Translations under genes and position numbers: made by a program
The notes under the pieces: generated by a model
Database searches by the model: none
What the model saw: only the letters and a program-made list of their open reading frames with translations
What the model was told of the DNA's origin: nothing
Shown here: positions 32,724 through 35,277 of the stretch, in pieces
Position numbering within the stretch: the stretch's first letter is position 1
Layout: the number at the start of each line of letters is the position of its first letter
From: an uncultured bacterium
Lineage (GTDB): Bacteria; Muiribacteriota; Ozemobacteria; Ozemobacterales; Ozemobacteraceae
DNA: 35,277 bases
Direction: 5' to 3'
NCBI GenBank assembly: GCA_964554555.1
Contig: CAZKPI010000003.1
Span: forward strand, 1 to 35,277

Positions 32724-35277
32724 TCAGTTCCGGTTGCGCTTTTCCTCGAGAGAGCGGATGGTCAGGTCATGGGCAAGGACGAAGATCTTCAGGGTGAGCG
32801 TCCGGGTGGCGCCGTTGAAGTCCTTGGCGGTGACGGTCAGACTGCAGTCCTTGCCCGATTCCGGAGTGCCGCCGCTGACGTTCGGGGCGCGGAACTGCCA
32901 AACGGGCGGGTTCTGCATCAGATCGACGGGATCGTAGGTCCCGCCGCCGCTGGGCGGAGTGTCCGCCCCGGTGGCAAAGAAGTCGGCAACCGAGTAGGAG
33001 ACCTCCTGGACGCCGAAGGTCTTGGCGCTGTTGAAGGTGTTCATGTTGTCCCAGGCGCGGATGTAGAAGATGAGGCGGGTGTTGGCCTGGCAGACGAACC
33101 CACTGCCGGCCGGGCAGGAGCCGCCCACCGTGCTGAGGCCGCCGGCGGGGTCCTTCAGGAACTTGTCGTAGAGGGTCTGGTCGAAATTGGTGAAGGACAG
33201 GCCCGTGGTGATGTTTCCGCTGTCGGTGGTGCTGTAGGGGTTGGCCGCCAGGTAGGTCGCGTAGTCCGGCGAGGAGAGCTTGTCGTCGCCGCCGGCCTTG
33301 GTGCCGAAGATGTGATACCGGTTGTTGCGGGTGTCGAAGACGATCACCTGGATTTCGGGCGGGGTGTTCTCGTCCTTGCACTTGAGGGTTCCGTATTTTT
33401 GCCAGGTGTACTCACTGCCGGCAAAAGGAATCTCGGAAGGAATTCTGGTGGCAAGCGGGGGTTCCTGGTCGTAGGTGCACTTCATGACGGTGGCCGGGTC
33501 ATCCGGTTTGACCACCCCCTCATCCAGCTCCATGCCGGCGGACGGGTAGGGGGTGGTGCCATCGGCCTTGCTGACCATGTCGGAATAGTACATGCATTTG
33601 TGACCGGAGGTGTCGGCGATCACGGCGCAGACTTTCCAGAGTTTTTCGGCGTCCGGTTTGTCCGCGGCGGGGAAATCGACTCCATGGGCCTCGTAGCCCA
33701 GGGATTTGCCATCACCTTCCGTGGAGAAATGCTGGGGACCGGGGACGTTGAAGACGGCCTCGCCCGCGATGGTCCATTTGCCGCCGCCCCAGAGGGTGGA
33801 ACCGTCCGCGGTCAGTTTGGTGAAGTTGGCGGAGTTGATGTTCACCTGATCGGCTTTCCGCCAGACCCACTTGGGTTCATAGTAGGAACCCTTCCAGGTG
33901 GGGGTGAGGCGGTTGTCGAAATCCATGAGGCCCAGGTTGACCTTGGTCACATCGTAGAAATCGTTCACCCCCAGGCCGCCGGTGGATTTGAAGTCGTAGA
34001 CCGGGTAGGACATGAAGAACTTCAAAGAGCTTTTCATCGCGTCGATGTCGTGCTTGATGGGGGTGCCGTCTTTCCGGGTCAAGCCGCTGACCGGCTTGTC
34101 GGCGAAGGGGTCGGAGCCGTAGACGTCAAGGGAGAAGCGGACGGGGACCCCGCTGTAGGCGACCTTGTGCACTTTGTCTGGTTCGGTGAGGGTCAGTTTT
34201 GAGGCGATGGGAGGCTGTGTGGCAAAGACCTTGAAGGCGGTGTAGCCGTTGGAGGAGGCGGGCTTGGTGATGACGACCTTCAGGCCGACACTGCATTTGT
34301 TTTCGGTGGTGCCGCAGTTGGGGTCGGCTGCATCCAGGATATATTCGTCCTCGGTCGAAGGGTTGTTGTCGGTGTCGGAGGCCACCTTGGTGACGATGGT
34401 TTCCACCCAGCACCAATAGAGGTTGGTGATCTCGAAGCCGGCGGCCGGGCAGTTCACCTTGAGCTTGGTCATGGCGGAGGCCCCGACGTTGGGGGTGTGG
34501 AAGGTCATCTCGATTTCACCGGTGCTGTTGCCGATGCCGCCTTCGGTATTTTCCGGGATCATCGGGATGGTGTCCTCTTGCCAGACGTTTGGTTCGCCCG
34601 CCACGATGTACGCTTTGTAGTCCTCGTTGCGGAGGTTGGTCACCCCGATGTTCAAATCACCCAAGAACAGCCCGGATTTGCTCGGGACCGAATACTCGAC
34701 ATCCTCTCGATACTTCTTGCCGTCCCTGGTAAAGCTTGGTGGTTCCGGGGGGATGACGGATTTCGGGGAAAAAGCGCTTCCGGCATTGGGAAGGACGGAA
34801 TCCAGTTCATCGACATCCAGCTCGTCGCCCGCGGGGGAACACAGTTTCGAGGTCTTCGGGTAACCCGGGGCCCGCTGGTCATCGAAAATGGTGATCTTGC
34901 CGCCCTGGCCAGGCTTGACGAAAGAACTCTTGAGCATGAACGCGGGCCCCATGCCGCTGTCGCTCTGGAAGGTGTTATTGGGCGGTGATCCAACGGAGCG
35001 GTTGAACGCCTCGACGATCGAGTTGCGGTTGCCGCTGACCTGGAAAAAAGCGGCCATGGCGCTCAGGGGGAAATACTTGCGGCCCAGGGTGACCGGGGCT
35101 TTGGGGTCGGCCGGAACATTGCCCTTGTCGGGGCGGGCAACCCAGTCGTACTTGTCCTGCAGGTTGCCCCCGTTGTGGTCGTAGGGATCCCAGACGATGC
35201 GCAGTTTGATGTGGGTGTTTTCCGGAATGAGGAAATAGAAGGAGCCTCCCTCCTCGACATACTTGACCTTGGCGTAG
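32724..35277 (-). CDS. large secreted or surface protein with paired cysteines, no recognised domain; 5'-partial (frame open to the window edge)
   Basis: The ORF track gives 777 aa from an internal ATG (35057). My translation of the same frame upstream (YAKVKYVEEGGSFYFLIPENTHIKLRIVWDPYDHNGGNLQDKYDWVARPDKGNVPADPKAPVTLGRKYFPLSAMAAFFQ...) has no stop up to 35276. The protein is rich in Asn, Thr, Asp, Tyr, Lys and Gly and looks beta-rich. Confidence 0.8.
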   Translation of the reverse strand, partial: YAKVKYVEEGGSFYFLIPENTHIKLRIVWDPYDHNGGNLQDKYDWVARPDKGNVPADPKAPVTLGRKYFPLSAMAAFFQVSGNRNSIVEAFNRSVGSPPNNTFQSDSGMGPAFMLKSSFVKPGQGGKITIFDDQRAPGYPKTSKLCSPAGDELDVDELDSVLPNAGSAFSPKSVIPPEPPSFTRDGKKYREDVEYSVPSKSGLFLGDLNIGVTNLRNEDYKAYIVAGEPNVWQEDTIPMIPENTEGGIGNSTGEIEMTFHTPNVGASAMTKLKVNCPAAGFEITNLYWCWVETIVTKVASDTDNNPSTEDEYILDAADPNCGTTENKCSVGLKVVITKPASSNGYTAFKVFATQPPIASKLTLTEPDKVHKVAYSGVPVRFSLDVYGSDPFADKPVSGLTRKDGTPIKHDIDAMKSSLKFFMSYPVYDFKSTGGLGVNDFYDVTKVNLGLMDFDNRLTPTWKGSYYEPKWVWRKADQVNINSANFTKLTADGSTLWGGGKWTIAGEAVFNVPGPQHFSTEGDGKSLGYEAHGVDFPAADKPDAEKLWKVCAVIADTSGHKCMYYSDMVSKADGTTPYPSAGMELDEGVVKPDDPATVMKCTYDQEPPLATRIPSEIPFAGSEYTWQKYGTLKCKDENTPPEIQVIVFDTRNNRYHIFGTKAGGDDKLSSPDYATYLAANPYSTTDSGNITTGLSFTNFDQTLYDKFLKDPAGGLSTVGGSCPAGSGFVCQANTRLIFYIRAWDNMNTFNSAKTFGVQEVSYSVADFFATGADTPPSGGGTYDPVDLMQNPPVWQFRAPNVSGGTPESGKDCSLTVTAKDFNGATRTLTLKIFVLAHDLTIRSLEEKRNRN

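Noticed and set aside
32769-34202. A 477-aa + strand ORF lies opposite the large secreted protein gene. The 35063-35260 (-) ORF lies near the window edge.
   Set aside because: The first is a Gly/Val/Asp/Ala-rich antisense frame. The second is an alternative frame of the region that the main frame reads through without stops.

Overview
This is a GC-rich bacterial chromosomal segment. I did not compute the GC content, but third codon positions are strongly G/C. I see no transposase, integrase, CRISPR array or recognisable defence gene. Gene order: (-) STAS anti-sigma antagonist and GAF-GAF-GGDEF diguanylate cyclase; (+) membrane protein, transketolase, two tandem terminator-ended RNA-like repeats, uridine kinase; (-) a block of HD hydrolase, RadC, PAS-PP2C phosphatase and a secreted orphan; (+) PilT, a PilT-like ATPase with an altered His box, and a 1773-aa internally duplicated polytopic membrane protein; (+) pckA; (-) clpX, secreted M4 metalloprotease, tRNA-Glu and tRNA-CAU, rpoD, dnaG, and a four-TM HAMP-PP2C sensor; (+) two secreted TPR proteins; (-) a large Cys-paired secreted protein whose frame runs off the window edge. 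Many sigma70-type promoters (TTGnnn-17/18-TAnnnT, often with an extended TG) and intrinsic terminators can be read directly. The items most worth a second look are the duplicated structured RNA element between tkt and udk, and the pilT / pilT-like / giant duplicated membrane protein locus. The other notable items are partner-switching parts (one STAS, two PP2C) with no kinase in view, the STAS-DGC operon, and the unrecognised secreted protein at the 3' edge. Family calls come from motif reading only; no database search was possible.
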